Position numbers and translations under genes: made by a program | Shown here: one piece after another, positions 1-8,937 of the stretch | Layout of the letters: the number at the start of each line of letters is the position of its first letter | How positions within the stretch are numbered: position 1 is the first letter of the stretch | Virus record (IMG/VR): IMGVR_UViG_3300032046_000010 | Coordinates: 1 to 64,000 of that record | DNA from: a virus | DNA: 64,000 bases | Reading direction: 5' to 3' (one strand) | Notes under the pieces: generated by a model | Databases searched by the model: none | Seen by the model: the letters and a program-made list of their open reading frames with translations, nothing else | What the model was told of the DNA's origin: nothing

Positions 1-159
1 GGCCAACTGGACGCATTGAATGCGCAACATCTGCCGGCCCTCCCCCTGAGGCCCACCGCCCCTTTGCTCGACCTCGACAACGGCTTGGTACATCGTCAGG
101 CTCCGCCCCTCCCCTGGGGCCTCCCCTCCCCGGCCGACCTCCCAGCCCGCTCCCCCGTC

Positions 160-214
160 CAAGCCTTGTACCCTTCGCATCGTTGATCAAGCCTTGTACC
201 CTTCGCATCGTTGA
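160..214. repeat. 27-bp direct repeat CAAGCCTTGTACCCTTCGCATCGTTGA x2
   Basis: Identical copies at 160-186 and 188-214. Confidence 0.9.
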
Positions 215-455
215 GCAGGGATGACACCTGCCCCCAGTTGATTTGCATCGTTGGTTTCGCCGCTCAAGAACTGCGCCCTGGTCCTTGTACCACCTGTCCT
301 CCCTCCGGCCTCCCCTCCCATCGCTCTGTTCGCCTCGCCGCGTTCCTGCTGGGATTCCGGTCAAGACTTCAGTGCCCGTCCCCATACCCTTTCAGGGCAA
401 TCGTGACACGAAACTTGATCAGTTTGCTCAGGTCTGACATCCCCTGGCCCATGGG

Positions 456-827
456 GTAGGATAAGGTATGCGAAGGTAGGATAAGCGCCAGCGCCTTCCC
501 TACTCCAGCGGCCAAGGTAGGATAATGCAGGACGCATATCCTACCCCGTCAGACGACAGGGGCCAAAGTAGGATAAACAGGGACGCATATCCTACCTAGG
601 CTGATACTTCCCTACTGTAGCATACCTTTCCCTACCTTGACAGCCTAGGTAGGGAATACAGCGACGCATATCCTACCCCGTCAGATACAGTCGGTGTTTA
701 TCCTACCCCGTCAGATACAGTCGGTGTTTATCCTACCCCGTCAGATACAGTCGGTGTTTATCCTACCGCGTCAGACGGGGTAGGATAAGGTATGCTTAGG
801 TAGGTCAAGGTCAGCCGCGTATCCTAC
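456..827. repeat. Array of 17 GTAGG(A/G)(T/A)A octamers in both orientations, including a 30-bp tandem repeat x3.5 (669-775)
   Basis: Octamer starts at 456,476,496,517,537,568,588,608,628,649,669,699,729,759,780,800 (degenerate),820. Confidence 0.9.
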
Positions 828-856
828 CTTGGGCGTCCAGTCAATGCAGTGGGTAG

Positions 857-1560
857 CCCATCCGGCCCCAGCTCCGCCCATCCGGTTGAAGCGCGTCCCA
901 TCTGCTGGTGCCTGGGCGACCGGCCGCGAACCTCGGTTCACCGCCCCTCCCATCTGCTACCTGATGGGCTCAACCCAGTGAGTGTGGCCCGCTGATGGGA
1001 CGGTGTGGCCTCCCATCACCACAGGTTGGGTAGCTGTGGGTCCTGATGGGTGCCCCATCACCGCTGTGGGTCGGCCACCAGAGCCCATCAAGGCTGCATC
1101 GAGGCCATCGCCGCCGACCTCGGCCCATCACGTTGCCATGGCTGTACATCAGGTGCCACCAGGTGCCCATCATGTGGAGCCTGGGCCCATCCCGTCCGGC
1201 TTGGGCCGGTGGTGTCGCCCACCTGATCTGGATTGGGCCCATCCCAGGCCTTGTGGGTCGGCTTGGGCCACTGTGGACCTCCCAACACTGCTGTGGGTCG
1301 CCCATGATGGCTGTGGGCCGCCCATCAGGTGCCATCAGTGCCCAACACGTGCCATCAGGGTGCCAGGCCTGCCCATCAGGTGCCAGCACGTTGCCATTGG
1401 TGTGGATGAGGCTCAGCCAGCCGCCGGTCGGCCGTGGCTGAGGCCTGTGGGTTGTGGGTTGGGTGCGCATCCAGGTGCTGTGGGCCTGGTGGCACCGCTG
1501 CAAGGGGTTGGCACCCTGGCATCCCCTGCATTGTGATGGATGATGGGTGTGTCGTCCAGT
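857..1560. repeat. Degenerate ~10-bp periodic CCCATC / TGTGGG satellite-like region
   Basis: (C/G)CCA(T/A)C-like words at 857,877,897 and 1321,1331,1341,1351,1362,1372,1382; TGGG ending at 1030,1040,1050,1070. Confidence 0.75.
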
Positions 1561-2000
1561 GCTGGTGGCTGGTGGTGTGACAGGGCCACGTGTGCTGTGA
1601 GTGGCAGGGGGACCCACCACACTCCCGACGCACCATCCTTCAATACAGCCCAAGCTGGGGACCTCCCGCCGCCCTTCCGGCACTCCACCATCCTACATCT
1701 CCGGCCAAACGCTGGTGCTTGGCGAGGGTACACGCTACATAATCCTGCTTGGACTCTACCATCTCCTGTAGTCTCCCCTCCCCCTAGGTGTACGGATACC
1801 CATCCTGATACCTGTAGACCTTCCCTACATCTCCTAGCACTCTGCATCCCCTGAACCATCCTTCCCCCTTCCCCTCCCGTCTATCCCTGAGGTGGTGATG
1901 GGGGTGTTTGGTCAGAGGTGGGATTGGGGGTGGTTTAGGTTTATTGGTAGTGTTTGATGTTGGTTAGCCTGGGATTGTACTGGAGATGGTGGGTAGGCGG

Positions 2001-2399
2001 TCAGTCGTCGTTGGGGGTAGGGTCATCGTCCGGCTTCGGGAACTTGATCGGCCAGGAGTGATCAGGTGGGGCGAGCAGTACTGTTGTGTCCCTAGCCCTG
2101 AACAGACGGTCCCAGATCTCCGGCCTTTGTGGCGGTCCTAGCAAGATGAGGTGTTGCTCTCCCACCGCCTCCCTCCGGTATCGGTCCTCAGCCTCTTGAC
2201 AGGGCTGGCAGCGGGTCATGATGAAGCCGGGTTGGAGTGCCAGCTTCCAAGCGATGTTGGCCCCGAACAGCCCGCATGTATGACCCTGTTGGTAGTAACA
2301 GCTGTAGCAGCGCCGTCCCTGGGCTGCGACCTCGATGTCCACCGGTCCCGTCTTGCCGTCCGGTCCCACGCCGTGCTTGGATACCAGTCTGAGCTTCAT
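2001..2399 (-). CDS. hypothetical protein (Cys-containing)
   Basis: Last ORF of the coupled minus-strand run; CYSC...C...CQPC. Confidence 0.6.
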   Translation of the reverse strand: MKLRLVSKHGVGPDGKTGPVDIEVAAQGRRCYSCYYQQGHTCGLFGANIAWKLALQPGFIMTRCQPCQEAEDRYRREAVGEQHLILLGPPQRPEIWDRLFRARDTTVLLAPPDHSWPIKFPKPDDDPTPNDD

Positions 2400-2716
2400 C
2401 GCCCCGACTCCCTCATCGCCCGCCGCGCCTCATCCTCTGCCGCCTGCTTGAACATCGTGATGAGCGTCTTGGCGATACGCTCGCCCTCCATCCTTGAGAA
2501 GTCCTTGACGCCCAGGACTGACATCGTCAGCACGGTGTCGTCCACCATCCGGGTCGTCATGATCCCCTCGACTCCGGCCTTGGTCAGAATCGGGATAGAC
2601 AGCGAGATCATCGTGGCCTTCTTCAACCGCTTGAAGCCCAACTGGAACTGGTGGCCGCCGATGTTGTCGATGACTCCCTCCCTGACGGCTTCCTCATCCA
2701 GCTTGTGAGTCTTCAT
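2396..2716 (-). CDS. hypothetical protein
   Basis: ATG at 2716 overlaps the upstream TGA; GC-rich third codon positions. Confidence 0.7.
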   Translation of the reverse strand: MKTHKLDEEAVREGVIDNIGGHQFQLGFKRLKKATMISLSIPILTKAGVEGIMTTRMVDDTVLTMSVLGVKDFSRMEGERIAKTLITMFKQAAEDEARRAMRESGR

Positions 2717-3312
2717 CTCAGCTCCTGTTCCCGAACGTGCTGATCCATCAGGCTGATCAGCTTCAGATCTTCCGCTTCGATGACGCTGGTGGCAAGGCAC
2801 GTCCAAAGCTCGGTGTCGAGTGCCCGCCGGTACTCACGCGACTGAGAGCCGGGGTTGGTGTCCTGGCAGCTGTAGCACCCTGGGCAAGCTACCAGCGCTT
2901 GTTCGATCAGCACCCGCCCATCAGCATCTTTCACCGTCGCTGGGATCAACCTCCGGCCGTTACAAACACGCTTCAGGTCCTCCAGCACCCGGTCCTTGAA
3001 CCAGAACGTCCTGGACGGCTTGTAGATGGGCTTCCACTTCGGCGGGGGTCCGAAGTCCCGCGTGATCTCCCTGATGGGGAAGTGATCCCGTTCCAGCCCT
3101 CCCGTTCCCGGCCTGACGTAGTGTGCGATGATGACCATCGTGTAGTAGCGCCCGGCCTCGCCGCGCGACTCGCCCTTCAGCATCTGGATGGCGTGGACGA
3201 TGGCGTCCTTGAGCTTGGTCAGGTAGATGCCACGGACCTTGAACACCTCATCGTGTAGGTCGTGGTGCGGGCCTCCGTACATCCTGATGGAGTAGGTGCG
3301 CCTGTTCATCAC
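2713..3312 (-). CDS. hypothetical protein
   Basis: GTG/ATG start overlapping the upstream stop; CPGCYSC motif. Confidence 0.7.
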   Translation of the reverse strand: MMNRRTYSIRMYGGPHHDLHDEVFKVRGIYLTKLKDAIVHAIQMLKGESRGEAGRYYTMVIIAHYVRPGTGGLERDHFPIREITRDFGPPPKWKPIYKPSRTFWFKDRVLEDLKRVCNGRRLIPATVKDADGRVLIEQALVACPGCYSCQDTNPGSQSREYRRALDTELWTCLATSVIEAEDLKLISLMDQHVREQELR

Positions 3313-3563
3313 TTGCCTCCGAACCGCTTGGTACAGTACACAGGATGGCTGAACTGATCCCGTGGCGGGAGCCGACACGCCAGCATCCCATCACCAACCA
3401 TCTTGTCGCAAGCGTCCTGAACCGCCTTGACCATCCCCGCCCGGCCGCGTGGATTGTTCTCCCAACGCTCCCCGAACACGATCACGGCGATGGTCCATGA
3501 GCTGTTCATCCCGTTGAGGGACCGCTCGATGACCTTGAGGCACTTGGTCTGGAAGTCGGTCAT
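3309..3563 (-). CDS. hypothetical protein, possible winged helix
   Basis: ATGA coupling; MTDFQTKCLKVI... pattern suggests a winged helix. Confidence 0.6.
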   Translation of the reverse strand: MTDFQTKCLKVIERSLNGMNSSWTIAVIVFGERWENNPRGRAGMVKAVQDACDKMVGDGMLACRLPPRDQFSHPVYCTKRFGGK

Positions 3564-3805
3564 CGCCCCTTCCTCACGACGATGATGCGCTTGGGCTTCC
3601 CGGTCGGCTGCGTCTGCTGCTTGGTCCCCACAGGCTGCCATCGGCCGTCCTTGAAGTCAAGTCGCCCGGTGTACACCCTGTCCATCTGGTTTGGGTACAT
3701 GATGTGGGTCGGACAGTCGGTGGGTAGCTCCTTGTCAACGCCTCCGCAACGCCGACAGTGCGTCATGCCATCCACCACTTCCAAGTCGTGCTTCACCGAC
3801 TTCAC
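3560..3805 (-). CDS. small Cys-rich hypothetical protein
   Basis: CRRCGG...LPTDCP. Confidence 0.65.
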   Translation of the reverse strand: MKSVKHDLEVVDGMTHCRRCGGVDKELPTDCPTHIMYPNQMDRVYTGRLDFKDGRWQPVGTKQQTQPTGKPKRIIVVRKGR

Positions 3806-3807
3806 TA

Positions 3808-3894
3808 TCAGTCCTTGAGCAGCACGGCATAGGCGATCATGAGGATGACCGCCCCGATGACGATAGCGTCCACGATGGTGCTCCCTGTCGTCAC
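3808..3894 (-). CDS. 28-aa single-pass membrane peptide (below the ORF-track size cutoff)
   Basis: GTG overlaps the upstream TGA; MTTGSTIVDAIVIGAVILMIAYAVLLKD fills the gap. Confidence 0.6.
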   Translation of the reverse strand: MTTGSTIVDAIVIGAVILMIAYAVLLKD

Positions 3895-4142
3895 TTGCCG
3901 CCTCCCTTCACCGCTTCCAAGCCGCAGAACATCCGGCACATCACCAGCCACTCGCTCAGCGGGACATCCTCCAGCGTCACCAGCTGCCCCGGCTTCCCCT
4001 CTTGCTTCGGCTGGTACATGGCGATGCGTACCACACCGCTGCCCGGAGGCCAGAGCGGCGGATCATCGCCATCGAGGCTGATCCTGGTGAAGCCCTTGTC
4101 CGGCTCCCCTTCGACAGCGTTGAAGATGAACTCTGCCTTCAT
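3891..4142 (-). CDS. hypothetical protein
   Basis: ATGA coupling, GGAGG RBS. Confidence 0.7.
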   Translation of the reverse strand: MKAEFIFNAVEGEPDKGFTRISLDGDDPPLWPPGSGVVRIAMYQPKQEGKPGQLVTLEDVPLSEWLVMCRMFCGLEAVKGGGK

Positions 4143-4681
4143 CGTCGCCTCCCGCCTTCCTTGATCTTGATGTTGGTCACGGGAGCATCTGGCAACCCCT
4201 CGATCACCAGCGTCCCGTCCGGCTCCCGCTTGCCGTTGTACATGTCGGATGCGAACCGGAACAGCGTGGTGAAGTCGCCGTTCTGGTCGATGAGGTCGTT
4301 GAGCGCGTTGGCGTGAGCCTGGCCAACCATGATGTTGCCCGGCTTGCCCTCAACCATCCACGGGCGAGTCCCTTCCAGCTGGTCCCTGAGCGTGGTGCGC
4401 CTGCTGTTGATGATTTGCATCAGGCTGCCAGTATCCACGCCGCCCTCGATGCCGCCCTTGAGGTCACGCTGGAGGTTGTGAAGGTAGCTGAGGCGAGTCT
4501 CGACCCTGACCGCCTCATCCGCGTTCCACTTGATGAAGTCGTACAGCCGCTTGCCGGGCTGGATCCTTTCCATCAGACTGTCCAGCCGCTCCTGCTCCGA
4601 CCGGATCATCACGCCCAGTTCCTTCAGGATTGCCTTGGCCTGCGCCTTCCGGGTCGCCGCTCCCTTCAGGGTCTCAGTCAT
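4139..4681 (-). CDS. hypothetical helical protein
   Basis: GGAGG RBS before MTETL; codon bias. Confidence 0.7.
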   Translation of the reverse strand: MTETLKGAATRKAQAKAILKELGVMIRSEQERLDSLMERIQPGKRLYDFIKWNADEAVRVETRLSYLHNLQRDLKGGIEGGVDTGSLMQIINSRRTTLRDQLEGTRPWMVEGKPGNIMVGQAHANALNDLIDQNGDFTTLFRFASDMYNGKREPDGTLVIEGLPDAPVTNIKIKEGGRRR

Positions 4682-5372
4682 CTGGGCCTCCATCGCAGAA
4701 CCCATCCAGGTTCCGTATCAACATGAACTCCTCTGCGAACCTGTAGCCGACCCGTGAGCCACACAGCTCAGCGTATCGCTTCAGCATCGTCAGCGACCTG
4801 GGGTGCGGTGGCTCTGGTAGCTCGCTGGGGTAGCACTCCAGCGCGTCCAGCTTGCGCTCGATGACCGACTCGATGTCCACATACCAGTTGGGCGTGAACA
4901 CTCGGCCGGTCGTGAACGGGATCCAGTCGGTTGAGGACGGAGCCGTGTACACCAGGACTCGCCTCACGCAGCAGTCCGGCTTTGGACGGGTCGCCACCAT
5001 CGTGCTCTCATACAGGATCTGATGGTCCCTGTTGATGTCACCATGGAAGTGGGTGAACACCGTGTGCGGCTGTAGCCGCTCGATCAGGTCCTCCAACATC
5101 CGGTTGATGTCCACCTGGGACAGTGTGTCGAGCCTCTGGTTGGGTAGGTTCAGGAACGCCGGAGGCTCGATGCCCAGCTTCACGCAAGCCCGCCGACAGC
5201 AGTTGCGCATCCGCTCGTCAGCCTCCGTGGATGAGCCGTGCCGCACGATGGCATGGCCAGCCACGATGATGGGCTTGACTGCCCACCCGCTGGCTGCGAG
5301 CAGTGCCAGCGTCCCACCCAACCCAAGGGTCTCATCATCCGGGTGAGCGCTGATGACCAAGGCGCACTTCAC
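4674..5372 (-). CDS. PIG-L/LmbE-family N-acetyl-sugar deacetylase
   Basis: AHPDDE metal motif, xxDH motif (NRDH), KLDALECY; GTGA-coupled start. Confidence 0.9.
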   Translation of the reverse strand: MKCALVISAHPDDETLGLGGTLALLAASGWAVKPIIVAGHAIVRHGSSTEADERMRNCCRRACVKLGIEPPAFLNLPNQRLDTLSQVDINRMLEDLIERLQPHTVFTHFHGDINRDHQILYESTMVATRPKPDCCVRRVLVYTAPSSTDWIPFTTGRVFTPNWYVDIESVIERKLDALECYPSELPEPPHPRSLTMLKRYAELCGSRVGYRFAEEFMLIRNLDGFCDGGPDD

Positions 5373-5968
5373 GGCCGGACTCCGCGCTTGCGAGCCTTGA
5401 CGCGCTCCCAGTCGGCCCGCGTCATGATGATGGCCACACCCCAAATGCTAGGCTTCATCAGGAACCCGGCATCCCGCAGTAGCGCCGTCGCCATCTGGTT
5501 GCGCCAACCGGCCCTGCGTTCGCCCTTCCCAGGCTTCCGGTAGATCATCACGCAGTGCTGAAGCGACAGCCCCATGTCCGACACGCTGAACTCATCGCCT
5601 GAATCTGCCACCAACAGATCTGCGATGGTGTCCAGGTTCCACTTGGCGACCTCGCCGCCTGGGAACTTGGTGAACTCATCCTTGTTGTGACACCGTGGCG
5701 GAACAGTGAAGGCTGGCTTGTGTCCGAACCGCCCTGCCGTCTCACCCGCCACTTCCATCGAGGCTGCGGCCATGTCCATCTTTTCGATGGGCGGTGTCAT
5801 GTCCGGCTCCGCGTCCAGTTCGTTGTACTGGTGAAGGCGAGTGTGATCTGCCAACGTGTTGAGCTTGGACCACTGCTCCGACATCACACCATCGCCGTCG
5901 ATGACAGTCTTGTCCGACTCCGGCCGGGGTCTGCTGAAGTGCTTGCGCCACTCTTCCAAGGTTGGCAT
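5369..5968 (-). CDS. hypothetical protein with N-terminal MPTL motif
   Basis: ORF in the coupled run; starts MPTLEEWRKHF. Confidence 0.7.
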   Translation of the reverse strand: MPTLEEWRKHFSRPRPESDKTVIDGDGVMSEQWSKLNTLADHTRLHQYNELDAEPDMTPPIEKMDMAAASMEVAGETAGRFGHKPAFTVPPRCHNKDEFTKFPGGEVAKWNLDTIADLLVADSGDEFSVSDMGLSLQHCVMIYRKPGKGERRAGWRNQMATALLRDAGFLMKPSIWGVAIIMTRADWERVKARKRGVRP

Positions 5969-5970
5969 GG

Positions 5971-6267
5971 TCAGTCCCTCTCCAACTCCGACTCACCGTC
6001 AGCGAGCAAGATAACATCGCCCACGATGTAGTCATCAGGGAAGATGGCCCTGTCCATCAGAGCCGCCTGGGTTGCGACCTCGTTGCGCCGGAGGCCCAGC
6101 GCCTTCCCGTCCTCATTGAAGATGAGCCAGGTGGGCTGGATGTTGGCCACAAACACCCGCTCCACGTAACCTCCGACCAGCCCTTGTAGCTCCTTGAGCC
6201 GGAACAGCTTGCCGTCGCCCGGCCTGATGGTGGTGATGGTCCCGTCCACTTTGATGATCTTGGCCAT
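5971..6267 (-). CDS. DUF3846-like phage protein
   Basis: LKELQGLVGGYVE...NEDGKALGLRRN...IVGDVIL. Confidence 0.8.
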   Translation of the reverse strand: MAKIIKVDGTITTIRPGDGKLFRLKELQGLVGGYVERVFVANIQPTWLIFNEDGKALGLRRNEVATQAALMDRAIFPDDYIVGDVILLADGESELERD

Positions 6268-6467
6268 CAGATGTCTCTCCGCCCGTAAGGTTTGCCGTCT
6301 GGATCCACCAGTTCCGCAACCACGGTCTTGTCGTCCATCCTGCGGTCGGTCCCGCAATCCCACCCCATAAAGTACCATTGGTTGCCACGTCGCTCAGCAA
6401 GTTGCCATTTGGTCCAACCTGCTGGTTTGCTGTTGATGAACATCCGCTGCTTCACCCAGAACAACAT
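6267..6467 (-). CDS. hypothetical protein
   Basis: TGATG overlaps at both ends. Confidence 0.65.
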   Translation of the reverse strand: MLFWVKQRMFINSKPAGWTKWQLAERRGNQWYFMGWDCGTDRRMDDKTVVAELVDPDGKPYGRRDI

Positions 6468-6907
6468 CAGCGCCTCCCGCTCCCGTCGTGGTCGTTCAGC
6501 GCCTCATCACGAGCCTTCAGGAACGTGCTGGGGTCATCCGTGAACTCCACGCCGAACCGCGTCATCACCCGCAGGCTGGCGACCTCGTGGAAGTGACCGT
6601 GCAGGTCCTCCAACAACCGGGAGTAGCCGACCAACTGAAGCCACTCGACCGCATCTTTGTTCCAGTCCGGCTCGTGAGGCGGCAGCTTCGCGCTGGTCCA
6701 GTTGTGATCCAGGCAGTTGACGGCGATGCTGCCCAGGATGCGCTCCCGCATGTCGTTGGGGAACTCCCGGTCACCGACCGCCAAACTCACCGTCTGGATC
6801 ACGGCAAGCTCGATGTTGGCCACGACCGTCCTGAAGCTCTCATCTGCCAGGTTCATCGAACGCGCCTCGTGAACGTCCCGCCCGACAGCGTCCCAGTAGC
6901 TTGACAT
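6467..6907 (-). CDS. hypothetical protein
   Basis: GGAGG RBS; codon bias. Confidence 0.7.
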   Translation of the reverse strand: MSSYWDAVGRDVHEARSMNLADESFRTVVANIELAVIQTVSLAVGDREFPNDMRERILGSIAVNCLDHNWTSAKLPPHEPDWNKDAVEWLQLVGYSRLLEDLHGHFHEVASLRVMTRFGVEFTDDPSTFLKARDEALNDHDGSGRR

Positions 6908-6932
6908 CGTACATCCTCCCGCCCGCCGTAGA

Positions 6933-7697
6933 CTAGCGGGTCTTGCTGGTCTGCGCCACCTTCTGCGTGGCGGAACCCTCGCACCTGGACTCCTGTACCA
7001 TCTTCATGTGCTGGCGCAGGATGGTGGTGAACTGATCGAAGTCGCGCCGGACCTCCGGGTTGGCGCTGAACGGCTTGCGCGGCCGGATGCCCCACATACC
7101 CACACTCTCCATCCGCTTCATCCACCGGCACTGATCCTCGGCCCAACAGCCTTGCCAGTCGGCCCGCCGACCGTACTTGCGCTTGAGCCGCGTCATCTCA
7201 GCCACGTTGTCCGGTGAGATGGTGTCCCAGATGTCGTGCCATACCATCCCATAGCGGTCCTGCAGCAACAGCGGGAACCCGAAGGCATCGCCGTGGACGA
7301 TGGTCAGCCGCCGTCCGTGTCGAGCCTTCAGGGTCGGCCCCACCAGCTTGATCACATCCTCACTGGCGTCCACGACCGTGACATGTTCGACACTGGGCTG
7401 CTTCAGGATGGCATCCGTCACCATCCCCAACCCCAGGCCGTTGACCAGACAGCACCGGGTCGCACGGAAGATGGCCGTGAGGTGGTCGGCCACTTCATCC
7501 GGCGTGTCGCTCATCACCAGCGTGTCGTTGCGCATCAGCCTGATGTAGCTGCCCGGCGGCACATAGCCGCGCCCCTCGTTGGCCACGGCCCTCAGCCTGC
7601 TGAACTGGCTGTCCAGCTCACTGATGACGATGTGCTCGATGCGCCAGTCACCGCTCGCTCCGGCCGGGATGGTCACCTTGTACTTGCTCAGGTCCAC
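6933..7697 (-). CDS. class I SAM-dependent methyltransferase (spermidine-synthase-like fold)
   Basis: LVNGLGLG motif I, VTVVD, IVHGDAF, WHDIW; GGAGG then GTG start. Confidence 0.8.
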   Translation of the reverse strand: MDLSKYKVTIPAGASGDWRIEHIVISELDSQFSRLRAVANEGRGYVPPGSYIRLMRNDTLVMSDTPDEVADHLTAIFRATRCCLVNGLGLGMVTDAILKQPSVEHVTVVDASEDVIKLVGPTLKARHGRRLTIVHGDAFGFPLLLQDRYGMVWHDIWDTISPDNVAEMTRLKRKYGRRADWQGCWAEDQCRWMKRMESVGMWGIRPRKPFSANPEVRRDFDQFTTILRQHMKMVQESRCEGSATQKVAQTSKTR

Positions 7698-7708
7698 GGT
7701 TGCCTCCC

Positions 7709-8122
7709 CTACACGTGCGGGTTGTAGGAGTAATGGCGGCCCAAGCTCATCCAGCTGAACCCGCCCAGTTCCTTCCAGCTGCCCTTCTTGTCGCGCCGGA
7801 AGTAGTGGACGCCTCCGTTGGAGTTGGGGGTGAAGTCGCACGGCTTGGCGCCCTCATATTCGCCACGCCCTTCCGGCTTCACCATGTAGTTGTCGGACTG
7901 GGCGACCAGCGTGACCGCCTCGCCCCGCCCGTTCACGGTCGCGCTGATCAGCGTCCCGGGGTAGCAGTCGCCGTTGAAGCCCCAGCTGAGCCCGTCCACG
8001 CCGATGGTCAGTTCGTGGGCGACCTGGACATCGCGCGGTCCCTCGCCGGTCTGCTCCCAGACCTTGGACTGCTCCCACCGGACCACCTTCACCGTTCCCT
8101 CATTCAGCTTCTTGTTCGACAT
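7709..8122 (-). CDS. hypothetical phage protein
   Basis: Follows a conserved promoter motif and GGAGGT RBS. Confidence 0.75.
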   Translation of the reverse strand: MSNKKLNEGTVKVVRWEQSKVWEQTGEGPRDVQVAHELTIGVDGLSWGFNGDCYPGTLISATVNGRGEAVTLVAQSDNYMVKPEGRGEYEGAKPCDFTPNSNGGVHYFRRDKKGSWKELGGFSWMSLGRHYSYNPHV

Positions 8123-8143
8123 CGCGTCACCTCCACCCTAGAC

Positions 8144-8163
8144 AGTAAGCGAAAACCGGGCCG
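8144..8163 (-). promoter_or_regulatory. conserved promoter copy 1 (sigma54-like CGGCCCGGTTTTCGCTTACT)
   Basis: One of 7 copies, each just upstream of an RBS. Confidence 0.75.
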
Positions 8164-8165
8164 TG

Positions 8166-8453
8166 CTACCAATCCACCGCGATTCCCAGCTGCTTGGCGA
8201 TGGACTTGACCTCGCCTCCGGTCACGCAATACGAACGGTTGTCATAGCTGAACTCGTGCGGTCCCGGCCGGTGCGCCCCGTTGACCCACAACCCCTCGGT
8301 CACGTTGTGGACCCAGTACTTGCCGAACGCCGTGTCCAGGGTCGCCTCGCCTCCGTCGCGCAGCCGCTCGTTGATCTGAGTCACCAACTCATCCCACTGC
8401 GCCCGCCGCTCCGCTACCGCCTTCCGTTCCGCCGTCCGTTCTTGCTTCGTCAT
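8166..8453 (-). CDS. hypothetical protein
   Basis: AGGAGG RBS, start MTKQER, downstream of promoter copy 2. Confidence 0.75.
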   Translation of the reverse strand: MTKQERTAERKAVAERRAQWDELVTQINERLRDGGEATLDTAFGKYWVHNVTEGLWVNGAHRPGPHEFSYDNRSYCVTGGEVKSIAKQLGIAVDW

Positions 8454-8475
8454 CGTCGCCTCCTGGGGTCTAGCC

Positions 8476-8495
8476 AGTAAGCGAAAACCGGGCCG
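8476..8495 (-). promoter_or_regulatory. conserved promoter copy 2
   Basis: CGGCCCGGTTTTCGCTTACT. Confidence 0.75.
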
Positions 8496-8500
8496 TTTGG

Positions 8501-8701
8501 TCAGCTGGGGGAGTAGAAGTTGACGACTGGAAGCTGGACCTCCACGATTACAAGGGCTGCCGCATCGTGGATGGTCTCTGCCAAGCAAGCCCGCGCCTGC
8601 TCCGCCTCCTGGATGGTGGTGAAGGGCACCGACAACCCCTGCCACCGCTCGATGTTGGATTCGCACTGCGTCGCCAGAAAATACACCATCATGTATCCCA
8701 T
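8501..8701 (-). CDS. hypothetical protein
   Basis: Coupled start, GGAGG RBS. Confidence 0.6.
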   Translation of the reverse strand: MGYMMVYFLATQCESNIERWQGLSVPFTTIQEAEQARACLAETIHDAAALVIVEVQLPVVNFYSPS

Positions 8702-8937
8702 CACGCCACCTCCGTTGCCGACCACTCGACCTCGACCAGCAGGACCTCGACCTTGTTGAAGTGCCGCATCCGGCCCAACACAGTCTGCTTGGCATCCAGC
8801 CCTTCCATGATGGTGAAGAACGGGCCTGCCGCCGCGTCCCAGACCTTGCGCCGCCCGGCTCCCTCGCCGCGCTCCGGCGCAAACCGGCTGACCACCAACC
8901 ATGCTCTCACGGTCAGGCGCTTCAGCTTCATGGCCAT
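8701..8937 (-). CDS. hypothetical protein
   Basis: TGATG coupling. Confidence 0.65.
   Translation of the reverse strand: MAMKLKRLTVRAWLVVSRFAPERGEGAGRRKVWDAAAGPFFTIMEGLDAKQTVLGRMRHFNKVEVLLVEVEWSATEVA

Noticed and set aside
669-775. 30-bp repeats as a CRISPR array
   Set aside because: Units are head-to-tail with no unique spacers, and there are no cas genes in the window
211-1859. ORFs in the left 2 kb
   Set aside because: No RBS or codon bias, and the 10-bp periodicity does not fit coding sequence
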